Origin: Eledone cirrhosa
Lineage: Eukaryota
Length of the DNA: 64,000 nucleotides
NCBI GenBank assembly: GCA_964016885.1
Contig: OZ024764.1
Span: 25,668,001-25,732,000 of the forward strand
Reading direction: 5' to 3'
Positions within the stretch are counted from its first letter, which is position 1. The number at the start of each line of letters is the position of its first letter. This document shows positions 1-13,971 of the stretch, one piece after another. Below the pieces are notes generated by a model. The model searched no databases and was not told the DNA's origin. It saw only the letters and a list, made by a program, of their open reading frames with translations. A program made the translations under genes and the position numbers.

Positions 1-995
1 CAATCACCACGACCCCCTCCTTCCGTTCAATCACCACGACCCCCCTCCTTCTTCCATTCAATCACCACGACCCCCTCCTTCCGTTCAATCACCACGACCC
101 CCCTCCTTCTTCCATTCAATCACCACGACCCCCTCCTTCCGTTCAATCACCACGACCCCCTCCTTCCGTTCAAACACCACGACCCCCCTCCTTCTTCCAT
201 TCAATCACCACGACCCCCTCCTTCCATTCAATCACCACGACCCCCCTCCTTCTTCCATTCAATCACCACGACCCCCTCCTTCCGTTCAATCACCACGACC
301 CCCCTCCTTCTTCCATTCAATCACCACGGCCCCCTCCTTCCGTTCAATCACCACGACCCCCCTCCTTCTTCCATTCAATCACCACGGCCCCCTCCTTCCG
401 TTCAATCACCACGACCCCCCTCCTTCTTCCATTCAATCACCACGACCCCCTCCTTCCGTTCAATCACCACGACCCCCCTCCTTCTTCCATTCAATCACCA
501 CGACCCCCTCCTTCCGTTCAATCACCACGACCCCCCTCCTTCTTCCATTCAATCACCACGACCCCCTCCTTCCGTTCAATCACCACGACCCCCTCCTTCC
601 GTTCAATCACCACGACCCCCCTCCTTCTTCCATTCAATCACCACGACCCCCTCCTTCCGTTCAATCACCACGACCCCCCTCCTTCTTCCATTCAATCACC
701 ACGACCCCCTCCTTCCGTTCAATCACCACGACCCCCCTCCTTCTTCCGTTCAATCACCACGACCCCCCTCCTTCTTCCGTTCAATCACCACGACCCACTC
801 CTTCCGTTTAATCACCCACCCCCACCCCCTCCTTCCATTCAATCACCACGACCCCCCTTCAATCACCCCCGCCCTTCCTTCCATTCAATCACCACGACCC
901 CCTCCTTCCGTTCAATCACCACGACCCCCTCCTTCCGTTCAATCACCACGACCGCCCTTCAATCACCCCCCTCCTTCCATTCAATCACCACTACC
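1..995. repeat. C-rich minisatellite of alternating 27-bp and 31-bp units (58-bp dimer)
   Basis: caatcaccacgaccccctccttccgtt alternates with caatcaccacgacccccctccttcttccatt; degenerates after ~800; runs off the left edge. Confidence 0.95.
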
Positions 996-1145
996 CCCCC
1001 CCCCCAAACTGGCGTTGTACCAAGTGGAGAAACACTTATTAGAATTCTCTGCCCGACGACGAAGCTTAAACCGTTTCGATTACAAATAAGGAATCGATGT
1101 TTGTATGGGTGTGTGTATATATTTATGTATGTATAGGAGGCGGTG

Positions 1146-1176
<31 letters not shown>

Positions 1177-1196
1177 GTATGTATATGAGGCGGTGC

Positions 1197-1232
<36 letters not shown>

Positions 1233-1822
1233 GAGTTAAACTTATATATATATAAATGAAAATAGAGAAATTAACATATATATATATATATATGTGTGTA
1301 TATGAGGGGTGTATATATATATATATGTGTGTGTATATGAGGGGTGTGTATATATATGTGTATATGAGGGGTGTATATATATATATATGTATGTATATGA
1401 GGTGTATATATATATATATATATATGTATGTGAGGAGGGGTGTGTGTGTATATATATATATGTGTGTATATGAGGGGTGTATATATATATATGTATATAT
1501 GTATGTATATATATAAACACACAAACAAAAACGCATCACATCGCCCAATTGTGCGTATATAGATGTATAGTAGTCGATAGTGTGACATGGTATATACATA
1601 TATACACATACATAGTCTGTAGGTTCCCGAGTTGTGTCGGGGATGTAACCACAGTTAAAAAAGGAACTCAATACGTTGGTAGAGTGAAGGTGTATTTATT
1701 ATATTTAGAGAGATGACTTCTACAGGACTAGAACTGTTTCATATGAAATCATTAAAGGATTCTTGATGATTTTATATGAATCAAACAGTTCTAGGCCTGT
1801 AGAAGTCATCTGTCTCTCTCTC

Positions 1823-2925
1823 TATATATATATATATACACACACAAATATATACATCATCATCAATATATACACGCATACATTTATACATATATATATA
1901 TATATATACACACATGTATATATACATATACACACACACACATATATATATACATATATATGCATACACACACACACACATATATATACATATATATACA
2001 TATACACACACACACATATATATATATACATATACACACACATATATACATATACACACACATATATATATATATGTGTGTGTGTGTATATGTATATATA
2101 TGTGTGTGTGTGTGTATATGTATATATATGTGTGTGTGTGTGTATATGTATATATATGTGTGTGTGTGTGTGTGTGTATATATGTATATATATGTATATA
2201 TATGTGTGTGTGTATGCATATATATGTATATATATATGTGTGTGTGTGTGTATATGTATATATATGTGTGTGTGTGTATATATGTATATATATGTATATA
2301 TATGTGTGTGTGTGTGTATGCATATATATGTATATATATATGTGTGTGTGTGTGTGTATGTATATATATGTGTGTGTGTGTATATGTATATATATGTGTG
2401 TGTGTGTGTATATATGTATATATATGTGTGTGTGTATGTATATGTATATATATGTGTGTGTGTGTGTATGTATATATATGTGTGTGTGTATATGTATATA
2501 TATGTGTGTGTGTGTATGTATATATATGTGTGTGTGTGTGTGTATATGTATATATATGTGTGTGTGTGTATATGTATATATATGTGTGTGTGTGTATATA
2601 TGTATATATATGTATATATATGTGTGTGTGTGTGCATATATATGTATATATATATGTGTGTGTGTGTGTGTGTATATGTATATATATGTGTGTGTGTATA
2701 TGTATATATATGTGTGTGTGTGTGTATATGTATATATATGTGTGTGTATATGTATATATATGTGTGTGTGTGTGTATATGTATATATATGTGTGTGTGTG
2801 TGTATATGTATATATATGTGTGATTATGATGTATATGTAATACAGCAGATACGTATAGCTGTCGTTGTAACAATTATCAACACATTATGAGTGTATGTAT
2901 ATATATGTATATACACACATACATA
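1823..2925. repeat. Compound (TA)n/(CA)n/(TG)n microsatellite switching strand near 2070
   Basis: Seen directly; source of spurious [12 protein letters not shown] ORFs. Confidence 0.95.
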
Positions 2926-3041
2926 TATTCGTTTCATGCGAATGAAACAGATCTAGTCCTGTAGGAGCTATGTCTATCCTCCACTAACGTATTGAGTACT
3001 TTTTTATAACTGTCGTCACCTCCCGGTGGTCATCGGGAATC

Positions 3042-3402
3042 TATATATATATACATTCATACATATGTATATGTATATATATATATATATATATATACAT
3101 TCATACATATGTATATGTATATATATTTATATATATATATACATTCATGTATATGTATATGTATATATATTTATATATATATATACATTCATACATATGT
3201 ATATGTATATATATTTATATATATATATACATTCATACATATGTATATGTATATATATTTATATATATATATACATTCATGTATATGTATATGTATATAT
3301 ATTTATATATATATATACATTCATACATATGTATATGTATATATATTTATATATATATATACATTCATGTATATGTATATATATTTATATATATATATAT
3401 AT
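3042..3402. repeat. ~45-bp AT-rich minisatellite
   Basis: Repeated tacattcatacatatgtatatgtatatatattt units. Confidence 0.85.
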
Positions 3403-3458
3403 TTCGTTTCTCATTGGCAACATGACCCTCCCAAAGTATAATATATATATATATATAT

Positions 3459-3622
3459 GGGAGAAAGTATGACCCCGACGGCAGAGCTCAAGCCGTCGAA
3501 ACGGCTTGAGCTCTGCCGTCGGGGTCATACTTTTTCCTATTTCCCACTCTACTACCCTAAGTATTAAGTACTCTAGTGCGTTATGGTCCATCTGGTTCCT
3601 TACCACAACTCCTTCGTTATAT
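3459..3622 (-). repeat. Short interspersed element with a 33-bp perfect hairpin; second copy at 40752-40880 (+)
   Basis: 3501-3622 is the reverse complement of 40752-40870; 3464-3496 is an inverted duplication of 3501-3533. Confidence 0.7.
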
Positions 3623-3711
3623 ATATATGTATAAATATATAAATATGTATGCATATATAGATGTGTGTATATATATATGTGTGTGTGTGTGTGTGTACAT
3701 GAGTATATATA

Positions 3712-4322
3712 TATATGGTGGCTGCCAACTCGTTTTCGAGTACGGCCACTACTTTATATCCATGTAGGAGAACCCCTACCGATGCGCTGAACGAGTGTGA
3801 CTTTTTAGTCCAGCCAGCGACTTGAAAACTGGTACAAACACTACACTTGTGACAATTACTGACACATAGTGCAGGGCCCATGGTACCATGTGAGGGCAAG
3901 TGCAGAGAGATCTCCAGATATAAAGCAATGCATGTGCCGTGAAGCTTTTATAGTGAGCAAAGGCACTGCACAAAGCCAGTCCCACTCTCTTAACCAAGAT
4001 GATATTTACCAAAAAGAAGAACAACTCAACATCATTGGATACCATCAGGGCTGCAGGTGTTATATCAGAGTTTTCCTTCTCCTAGAATTCTGCCTTGACA
4101 AAGGCTAAGGGGTCATCTCTCCCGGTGATTTTGGATGGCCATTGACTCTTAAGAGCTCCTTTGCCCTTTGACAGGTTTTGTTTTTAGTCCTGCAGGATGT
4201 CCAAAGTCACCCTCCTCACCAAGAAACCTTGGTGGGGTTGCCAGTTTAGTCGCCAACGACCCGAGCATGAGACAGGTTGTACTGGGATACATGTTACCAG
4301 TAGTACCAACTGGTGACCTGAC
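3712..4322 (-). mobile_element. Probable internally deleted RTE/BovB-type LINE (5' UTR joined to 3' end)
   Basis: Minus strand starts with BovB-like ggcgactaaactggcaacccc and ends with a C2H2-like FKSLAGLKSHTRSAH; flanked by (TA)n. Confidence 0.45.
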
Positions 4323-4385
<63 letters not shown>

Positions 4386-4696
4386 ATGTACATACAGGAG
4401 AGAGTATAAAACACTAGACTCACCCGTTCTGGTTAAGGCGGTTTTCACAAAGCTTCCTCTGTTAAGATGCTCAGATCTGTTAGGTTTATCCACATTTTCC
4501 CTATCGTGTCCCTATATCACAACAAATATATAAATGTATATATATACGCAGTGCCGAGTGTATATATCAACTATATATATATCAACTATATACGAGTGTG
4601 TGTTTGGGTGTTATTCCGTCTGTATGTTATGAAATATACAGACAGATCTACACACCAGTTTCTGTACAATCCCTTTTACTGTGTGCTGCTCATAGC

Positions 4697-5362
4697 AAAA
4701 CTGTCGTGAGTGGTGTATATACACACATAATGTGTGTATGTGTATATATATGTGTATATATATATATATATCAAAACTGTCGTGAGTGGTGTATACACAT
4801 ACACAAATATGTGTATGTGTATATATATGTGTGTATATATATATATCAAAACTGTCGTGAGTGGTGTATACACATACACAAATATGTGTATGTGTATATA
4901 TATGTGTATATATATATATATCAAAACTGTCGTGAGTGGTGTATACACATACACAAATATGTGTATGTGTATATATATGTGTATATATATATATAAAAAA
5001 TGTCGTGAGTGGTGTATATACACAAATATGTGTATGTGTATATATATGTGTATATATATATATAAAAAATGTCGTGAGTGGTGTATATACACGTAAATAT
5101 GTGTATGTGTATATATATGTGTATATATATATATCAAAACTGTCGTGAGTGGTGTATACACATAAATGTGTGTATGTGTATATATATGTAAATGTATATA
5201 TATATATTATATATATTTATATATCAAAACTGTCGTAAGTAGTGTATATACACATAAGTATATATACATAAATGTGTGTATATATATATCAAAACTGTCG
5301 TGAGTGGTGTATATATATGTATGTATATATACACACGTAAATGTGTGTATATATATATATAT
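4697..5362. repeat. ~70-76-bp minisatellite with core aaaactgtcgtgagtggtg
   Basis: About 9 copies of the core separated by (TA/TG) tracts. Confidence 0.9.
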
Positions 5363-5431
5363 CTTTTGATTAGCTAAATATAATATATTTGCGTTTATAT
5401 AAGCTCTTGATATATTTATAAATACATGACG

Positions 5432-6104
5432 GTCTCTCTATCTCTCTCTCTATCACTTTCCTACTCTCTCTATCTATCTATCTCTGTCTCTCTCTCTCTC
5501 TCTATCACTTTCCTACTCTCTCTATCTATCTCTGTCTCTATCTCTCTCTATCACTTTCCTACTCTCTCTATCTATCTATCTCTGTCTCTCTCTCTCTCTC
5601 TATCACTTTCCTACTCTCTCTATCTATCTCTGTCTCTATCTCTCTATCTCACTTTCCTAGTCTCTCTATCTATCTATCTCTGTCTCTATCTCTCTCTCTA
5701 TCACTTTCCTACTCTCTCTATCTATCTATCTCTGTCTCTATCTCTCTCTCTATCACTTTCCTACTCTCTCTATCTATCTATCTCTGTCTCTATCTCTCTC
5801 TCTATCACTTTCCTACTCTCTCTATCTATCTCTGTCTCTATCTCTCTCTCTCTATCACTTTCCTACTCTCTCTATCTATCTATCTCTGTCTCTCTCTCTC
5901 TATTTCTATCACTTTCTACCTCTCTCTCTCTATCTATCTATTTATCTCTGTCTCTCTCTCTCCCTCTCTCTCTCTCTCTATCTATCTATCTCTGTCTCTC
6001 TCTCTCTATTTCTATCACTTTCTACCTCTCTCTCTATCTATCTATTTATCTCTGTCTCTCTCTCCATCACTTTCTCTCTCTCTATCACTTTCTCTCTCTC
6101 TCTT

Positions 6105-6175
<71 letters not shown>

Positions 6176-6268
6176 CTCTCTCTCTTTCTGTTCTTTATCT
6201 ATCTCTCCCTCTCTCTCTCTATCTCTGTCTCTCTCTCTCCCCTCCCTCTCTATCTCTCTCTCTCTCTC
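5432..6268. repeat. CT-rich minisatellite/microsatellite (core tatcactttcctactctctc)
   Basis: Seen directly; explains the SLSL ORF 5426-6301. Confidence 0.9.
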
Positions 6269-6440
6269 TTGTGCTGTGCATCACTTCTGGAAAATTACTG
6301 ATAAAGGCGCACGCTTGGCATGCGTTCGACTCCACCAATCGCCGTCTCAGTCTCTGGGGGTACTTTACCCGATATCTTCAACTATTATTGTAGTTACACG
6401 CATTCTGACGACTATCTTTTCATATTCCTTTGTGTGTGTT

Positions 6441-6496
<56 letters not shown>

Positions 6497-6602
6497 AACA
6501 TATATATATATATATATATTTGCTCTACGGTTCTTATATATTTGATATATATTTATCCTTATCGAGCCCTCTTTGGATTTTAGTCTTCAAATTTATTATT
6601 AT

Positions 6603-6679
<77 letters not shown>

Positions 6680-7370
6680 TATATATATATTAAAATAACA
6701 GATTAATGTTTAAGCAAAGAATCGCTGCTTTCACCCTTAACGGGATCTTCTGAAACTGACAAAGTCAATCTGTGAACGCAGAAGTGAATATTTCAAAAAA
6801 TGTTGCAACCGGAGGAAGACAGGAAGACGATACTTTGGTTCGTGGAAACGTTCCCAGGCAAAGAACGGGAAAAAACGAATATAATACGTCATTAAATGGA
6901 GCGGTGGAAAACAATTACACGCAAAGACAGAACCACGTTTATGGTATAAAAGAAGTCGTAGACTAATGTTCTCTTACGTGGTGCATAGAGGCGTTCTCTG
7001 GCAATGAACGGAAAAAACGAAGATAATACGTCATATGTGGAGCGGGGAGAACAATTGCACGCAAAGACAAAACCACGTAAATGGTATAACTGAAGTCGTA
7101 GACTAAAATTCTAACTAGGAAACCAAATGATTCTCGGCTTCAGAGTTAAGAATAAAGTAAATAAAATACAATACAGAGGTATTGAAATTAAATAAATACA
7201 TGCACGCATCCATATACGTACATACACAAGCACACGCGAAAACACTCGCCATAGGTATACAAATACACGCACGTACACAAAAAAACCCCGCACACACATA
7301 CAGAACCCACGCAACGCCTGTACCCGCACACATACGAAAGTATACACCAAATACACATAAAAATATATAT

Positions 7371-7414
<44 letters not shown>

Positions 7415-7646
7415 CGTGTATACATATAATTAAATAAACGTATATAAATAAAGACATATATAATGCGCGCACACACATACCTACATGTAAATACACTTAT
7501 GTTCGCAGACGTACGTCGACCAAAACACAAAGTACACATATACACACACCCTACATACGTACCCGCATACTCACACAGGCGCAAAACTCGCGTGTTTCGC
7601 GTATGCTTGTGTATGTACGTATATGCTTGTGTATGTACGTATAAAA

Positions 7647-7932
7647 TAGAACCAGCATAATGATCTTAATAATACCGTTAACATAAATGATACTAAACCA
7701 AAATGTAATTGTAGAAATAAAACTGACTGCCCTCTGCAAAATAATTGTCTAGATAGTAATTTGGTTTATAAATGCACTGTAAAAACTGATCACAACACAT
7801 ACAACTACATAGGATCGACTTCTTCTACATTTAAAGCCAGATTTGCGAACCATAAATGCTCATTTTCGAACTCCAAGAGGAAATCATCCACATCTTTATC
7901 ACAGCTCATATGGTCATTAAAAGAGAGGAATT
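7647..7932 (+). mobile_element. Penelope-like element fragment (linker + GIY-YIG endonuclease), Naiad-like
   Basis: Translates to CNCRNKTDCPLQNNC...VYKC...YIGSTSSTFKARFANH; duplicated at 10445-10730. Confidence 0.85.
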
Positions 7933-10423
7933 TGTAACAAGAGTTGCCTCCCTTGTCATGACAATCTCACCACCGCTCTCTAGATAGGAAGTAGCTGGAG
8001 TTGCTTCCCTTTGGGAGTGACAGACTCCCTGTTGGTCACTTCCGGTCAGACCCTATAAAAGGAACAAGTCAGGACAATCTTCCTCTCTCGCCTCCTGAAA
8101 TCCAAAGTGGTAACACCTGCGACCTTAGCATGAGATGATTCATTTCTCATAATCCTTCGCCACCAAGAAGAATGCCGACAGGCAGATTTTATGTGATGTA
8201 TCTACTGATGCTCCACGACCACTTGTTCCTGAGACTCACCGTCGAATTGTGTTCCTGGCTCTGCACAACATTTCTCATCCAGGATCTGCTACCACAGTTA
8301 AACTTATAACAGCCAGATTCTTCTGGCCAAATATGAGGCGCGACATTGCTGCTTGGTGCCGTTCCTGCATCGCTTGCCAGAAATCGAAGATCCATAGACA
8401 CATCCGGACTCCACTTGGTACTTTCAGTACTCCAGATGCTCGGTTTCAACACATCCACATTGATATCGTTGGACCTTGGCCATTCAGCAGTGGATATTCA
8501 TACATATTGACGTGTGTCGATCGTTTTTCGCGATGGCCTGAAGCTATCCCTTTACAAGACATGACTGCTGAGACTGTAGCACGTGCCCTGGTATCAGGGT
8601 GGATTACCCGCTTTGGGGTACCAACTACACTCACCACAGACCGTGGTAGACAATTCGAGTCCCATCTCTTCTCTGAGCTCACAAAAATAATTGGAGCTCA
8701 ACGGATTCGGACCACAGCCTATTATCCTGCTTCAAATGGAATGGTGGAACGATTGCACCGCCAATTAAAGGCCGCTCTTCGCGCCTATCCAGACTCTCAA
8801 CGTTGGAGCGAGTACCTTCCTGTTGTGTTATTAGGAATTCGGTCATCAATAAAGGAGGACCTTGGGTTCTCCCCGGCCGAATTACTGTATGGTGCTCCTC
8901 TAGCGTTGCCTGGGCAAATGCTTGCCCCTGTTGATCTTGCTTTCCAAGATCCGCTTTCCTACGTATCCCGTCTGCGTCCTTATTTTCAAGACCTGCCGCC
9001 GATGGATACGAGGAAACAAACTGTAAAACCTGCGGTCTCGAGGGATATTGACTCGTGGACCCATGTGTTCGTAAGGAACGATGCTGTGAGACCACCCCTC
9101 ACACAACCATACTCTGGACCCTACCGTGTGTTAGCACGTACTGACAAACATTTTACTGTAGACGTTAAGGGGTCCAGAGAGACAATTTCGGTGGATAGAC
9201 TGAAAAGGGCACGCAATGACGCTCATACACCCGAGCCACAAATACCCCAATCTTTCTCTCTTGTGCATACACCTGCTCCTTCTGCCCCACCTTCACCTAC
9301 ATACAAGACTACGATCCGTTTCGGTCGGAGAGTCCACTGGCCCAAAAGGTTCTGCCAAACTATTTTTATGTGAACTGGCCACTGGAGCCTTATATATATA
9401 TTTTTTTGCTGTTCTTGTTATTTATTGATTTATTGTATTACAATGTACCTCTCATTACCATTTCACTGGATGTATATATATGTTTTTCGTTTCCTTTTAC
9501 AACGAACATTTTAAGCTATATTCTTCTATTTGCCGGTTTATAAATTTACCACGTAAATTTGCCGTTGAAAACCGCGCATTTATTAAGAATGCTTATTTCT
9601 CTGGTCGCTGGCCTCTTGACCCTTCCAGGTCAACGCATTCACAACATCAACAACAACAACACAGCTTCATCAACAACCAAAACCAGCAGAACAAGCCAGA
9701 GAATTTATTTCTGCAGCACTCTTCCTGTGAGAAATTCTCTTCGTTGGAATTTTCACGTTATACCACAGACCAAAAACCACCTGCATTCATTCTCTGGAAC
9801 ACATTCTTTACTGCTGTCATGTGATTGCACACATGTGAACTGTATTTTGGATATTTGAACTTTGACCTCTTCTCTTACTTTTATTACATTGTATCATAAT
9901 GTTCATGCCTCTTACATGCTCGCCATCTTACTCCATGCATGCATCATTCGATTTTTATGTTTTAAAAATCTGGCGGGAGATAATGTAGCAAGAGTTGCCT
10001 CCCTTGTCATGACAATCTCATCACCGCTCTCTAGACAGGAAGTAGCTGGAGTTGCTTCCCTTTGGGAGTGACAGACTCCCTGTTGGTCAATTCCGGTCAG
10101 ACCCTATAAAAGGAACAAGTCAGGACAATCTTCCTCTCTCGCCTCCTGAAATCCAAAGTGGTAACACCTGCGACCTTAGCATGAGATGATTCATTTCTCA
10201 TAATCCTTCGCCACCAAGAAGAATGCAACATGCAGCCTAAGAGCCTAAGAAGATGTTAACACCAGCTAGAAAAGATCTCTTCTTTTCTTTACACACTTCG
10301 GCCTGGAGTTGTGACCATCGGGTAACGATTCATTTATATTTAATACCTTTGACTTCTATGAAGTAAAAACATTACCAACACACACCGGCATTTACTGTCT
10401 TTTGTAATAATTTTATATGTACA
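7933..10423 (+). mobile_element. Ty3/Gypsy LTR retrotransposon with large internal deletion
   Basis: 5' LTR 7933-8175 (truncated) matches 3' LTR 9984-10226 with 4 differences seen; purine-rich tract ggcgggagataa before the 3' LTR; TG start, probable CA end at 10423; only integrase remains. Confidence 0.9.
8249..9373 (+). CDS. Gypsy integrase (C-terminal pol remnant)
   Basis: HHCC (HNISH...CIAC), DDE core HIDIVGP / TTDRGRQF / [13 protein letters not shown] motif GPYRV; no native start. Confidence 0.9.
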   Translation: MFLALHNISHPGSATTVKLITARFFWPNMRRDIAAWCRSCIACQKSKIHRHIRTPLGTFSTPDARFQHIHIDIVGPWPFSSGYSYILTCVDRFSRWPEAIPLQDMTAETVARALVSGWITRFGVPTTLTTDRGRQFESHLFSELTKIIGAQRIRTTAYYPASNGMVERLHRQLKAALRAYPDSQRWSEYLPVVLLGIRSSIKEDLGFSPAELLYGAPLALPGQMLAPVDLAFQDPLSYVSRLRPYFQDLPPMDTRKQTVKPAVSRDIDSWTHVFVRNDAVRPPLTQPYSGPYRVLARTDKHFTVDVKGSRETISVDRLKRARNDAHTPEPQIPQSFSLVHTPAPSAPPSPTYKTTIRFGRRVHWPKRFCQTIFM

Positions 10424-10960
10424 CCGATACTAATCTCCTAAAACAGAACCAGCATAATGATCTTAATAATACCGTTAACATAAATGATACTAAACCAAAA
10501 TGTAATTGTAGAAATAAAACTGACTGCCCTCTGCAAAATAATTGTCTAGATAGTAATTTGGTTTATAAATGCACCGTAAAAACTGATCACAACACATACA
10601 ACTACATAGGATCGACTTCTTCTACATTTAAAGCCAGATTTGCGAACCATAAATGCTCATTTTCGAACTCCAAGAGGAAATCATCCACATCTTTATCACA
10701 GCTCATATGATCATTAAAAGAGAGGAATTTAAAATACTCCATTTTTTGGACAAAACTTCGGAATTGTGGAGTTTACCGCAACTCAGGTATATGAAGTAAC
10801 TGCGCGCTCTGTACAATGGAGACCCTGTTGATTATTAATAACTATAAGACCCTAATTAACAAAAAAAAAGTGAATTATTCTCTAATTGCCTTCATAAAGC
10901 TACGTCTACATTCCTAGCTTCCCATAAGACCAGAAAAAACACTAAGCCATTAAACTTGGT
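10424..10960 (+). mobile_element. Penelope-like element 3' fragment (GIY-YIG, decayed)
   Basis: ORF 10417-10710 with CxCx5Cx5C and YIG, continuing past stops to CALC...CLH. Confidence 0.85.
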
Positions 10961-11715
10961 TTTTAGACGTAAATAATCAACAGATGAAAACCTTAATGGC
11001 CTTTAATATTGCTTTATCTTATAACTATCTATAGAGGAAATAACGTTCGAATGAATGACACTTGTTCAATAACACGCTGACACGTTGATATACATAACAA
11101 AATATTATTAACTTTGATCCATACCATTATTTCTCTATCTTTATTTTCCTATCTAAGTTTTAATTTTAGTTTAAATATCCAACCTGTAAATTTTTACGGA
11201 ACTTATTTTTAACTGTGAATCATTCATGTGTTTACACTCTTTAATTTATAATACGTATGTATTTTGTAAGTTTTTAAATATACCTACCTTTATATTTTTC
11301 TATCCATGATTTAAATATAGTGCAAATATCCAACCTGTAAATTTTTACTGACCTTATTTTGAATCATCCATGCGTTTACACATTTTTTTAAATATATATG
11401 TATGTATTTAACTTTAGCATGTTGAAATCTATTATATAAGATTATAATCGTTATCATTTACTAAAAGTATACTGTCTCACTAATACTTAGTATATACCTA
11501 ATTTTTAGATAATTTTTAAATTTTTAGATTATTTATTTTGAACTGTGAATAATTCATGCCTTTACACTCTTTTATATATATGTATCTATTTAACTGTAGC
11601 ATTTTGAATCTATTATTTTATATTCGTTATCATTTACCAAAAGCTCATTAATACTTAGTATATCTCTCTATACCTAATTTTTATTTTTGCAAATAAGTGT
11701 ATCTGTATAATAACT

Positions 11716-11898
11716 GTTTCTACTTTTGGCACAAGGCCAGCAATTACCCCAGTGTATTACTGGTGCTTTATTTTATCGACCCCGTAAGGATGAAAGGCAA
11801 AGTTAACCTCGGCGGGATTTGAACTCAGACCATAAAGGGCCGTAACTCTTTGCTATAAAGCATGGCGTCCGACCCTCTACTGATACTGCCAATCCACC
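11716..11898 (-). mobile_element. tRNA-derived SINE with Deu/Nin-like central domain
   Basis: A-box-like tggcagtatcagtag, B-box gagttcaaatcc, domain gcctttcatccttacggggtcgataaa; several copies in the window. Confidence 0.85.
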
Positions 11899-12107
11899 TA
11901 GTTACGTATATCTCAGCTTTTGTTTTTTTTTGCATATATATCTATAGTGTATAATAACATAATTACCGTTTCGGTTTAACACTATATATAGTTTGTGCAG
12001 TAGCATATTTATTATTTAGAGTTTATTCCTCTCATGAAGGTAGAACTTATATAGAGATTTAATATAATATAACAAATATTAATTTATTACCATAATTCCA
12101 CACACAT

Positions 12108-12192
<85 letters not shown>

Positions 12193-12880
12193 TCGCTGAA
12201 AACTCTGCCTTAATCATTACACTAACTACTTGACAATTAATTTTTAGATATTTCTAACAATAAGTACTTCATAAGCTTTACATACCGAAACTGTTGACAT
12301 TCTTATAGGTAATTTTCGTTAAAGATTACATTTAGGGAAATATTCAACAGTGTAAATTTTCCTTTCGCTGGCCAAGTTAAATCCTTTAAATTTTGTCTTC
12401 ATAAAATTCAGAATTTTAGAAATGTTAACACATTTATAGAATTTATAAAATTAATAAATATAAATAACCATCAACTTTTAAAAAACTTAAAATTTTGATT
12501 CTTCACCCTTAAAATAACATAAATTAAATATTTTGAAACTTAACCGTTTAGCCTTTGAAGAAAAAGAAAACTTTTCTGCATATATTACTCCCCTTTATCT
12601 CTCCCTCTCTTTAAATCTTCTATCAGTTGCCTTCATAAACAGTTATAATTCAAGAGACGTTTTCCTAGATAACCATAACTTGTAGTATCCCACATTTTAA
12701 AATCTCTATAGCTGTCACATTAAGCAACGTTTTTCTTACTCACATATCCTCTATTGAATTTATTACGTTTTCGCATTTTCTCATTATTAGGGTATAAATG
12801 TTGAGTTTTCTCTTAGGTTAATCACTACCTTGATTAAATCTTAACCATTTAACATCTCAGGGTATGTCATGTATCATTAT

Positions 12881-12933
12881 ATTTTGTCTGATGAGGACGT
12901 ACTGTTGTACCTCTGAAATATGTATAATAAAAT
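12881..12933 (+). ncRNA. Type I hammerhead ribozyme (PLE pLTR type)
   Basis: Stem I attttgt/ataaaat; CTGATGA 12888-12894; stem II ggacgtac-tgtt-gtacctct; GAAA; short stem III atatgtat; predicted cut after A12926. Confidence 0.7.
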
Positions 12934-12983
12934 TTAATTGATCAAAAGAACATCTATTTTATTAATATTTGTATTTTAATATA

Positions 12984-13135
<152 letters not shown>

Positions 13136-13196
13136 ATATACATATATATGTATATATATATGTATAGTGGCCGTGTAGGCAACACGGTAAAAACCT

Positions 13197-13355
13197 CCCA
13201 GCCCCACACTGTAAATGTGGTTGGTGTTAGGAAGGGCATCCAACTGTAGAAAACCCGCCAGACAGTCCTATGCGAGCAAGACAACCACTCTTGCCTCAAG
13301 TGGGAAAACCCCCGTCCAAACCCATGCAAGCGTGGAACACGGACGCTAAACCTGA

Positions 13356-13356
<1 letters not shown>
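13197..13356 (+). mobile_element. SINE 3' portion with RTE-like tail
   Basis: gttaggaagggcatccaactgtagaaa...cggacgctaaac(tga); related minus-strand copy at ~56300-56460. Confidence 0.6.
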
Positions 13357-13397
<41 letters not shown>

Positions 13398-13806
13398 TTA
13401 ATATAGATGAGATTCTACAGGACTAGAACTGTTTCATTCATTAGAAATCATCAGGAATCTGGGTATCAAAAAATAAATATGGTATTTATAGGTCTCTACA
13501 AGTGGTAGGAGAGGGTGGGGAGTGGGATGGGTGCAGGTCATTGGTTGATAGAAAAGGGAATTCATTAAAAGCTAATTCTACAAAGCTATAGTTTATTTTT
13601 ATTTATTTATGTTTTTAGAGTAACAAGGGCAGACAGAATTCTATAAACAGGTTCCGGATGGCATACCATTCCTTGTCATTAAGTTTCTCTTAAGCTAACA
13701 GATGTCTATAAAATCAGTGGGGGGTCAGTCATGGTCGATAGAATTAAAGAAAAGGGAGATTCTTTAAAAGCTAAAATCATTAAGGTTCTACTAAGTGACA
13801 AAGGTC

Positions 13807-13844
<38 letters not shown>

Positions 13845-13971
13845 ATATATATATGTATGTGTATATATATGTATATATATATATATGTATATATATATAT
13901 GTATGTGTATATATATGTATATATATATATAAATATATATGTATGTGTATATATATGTATATATATATGTA

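Noticed and set aside
1-995. Possible telomeric repeat
   Set aside because: Units are 27/31 bp, not TTAGGG-like; ordinary G/C-skewed minisatellite
1228-6693. Many long ORFs ([16 protein letters not shown])
   Set aside because: Translations of dinucleotide microsatellites; the same applies to similar ORFs at 12969, 17006, 37611 and 42876
6862-7105. Diverged ~105-bp direct duplication
   Set aside because: No coding or structural signal recognised
10700-10800. In-frame TGA codons in a Naiad-like PLE as possible selenocysteine
   Set aside because: The TGA at 10708 corresponds to TGG (Trp) in the duplicate copy, the other is not at a conserved Cys, and no SECIS was recognised
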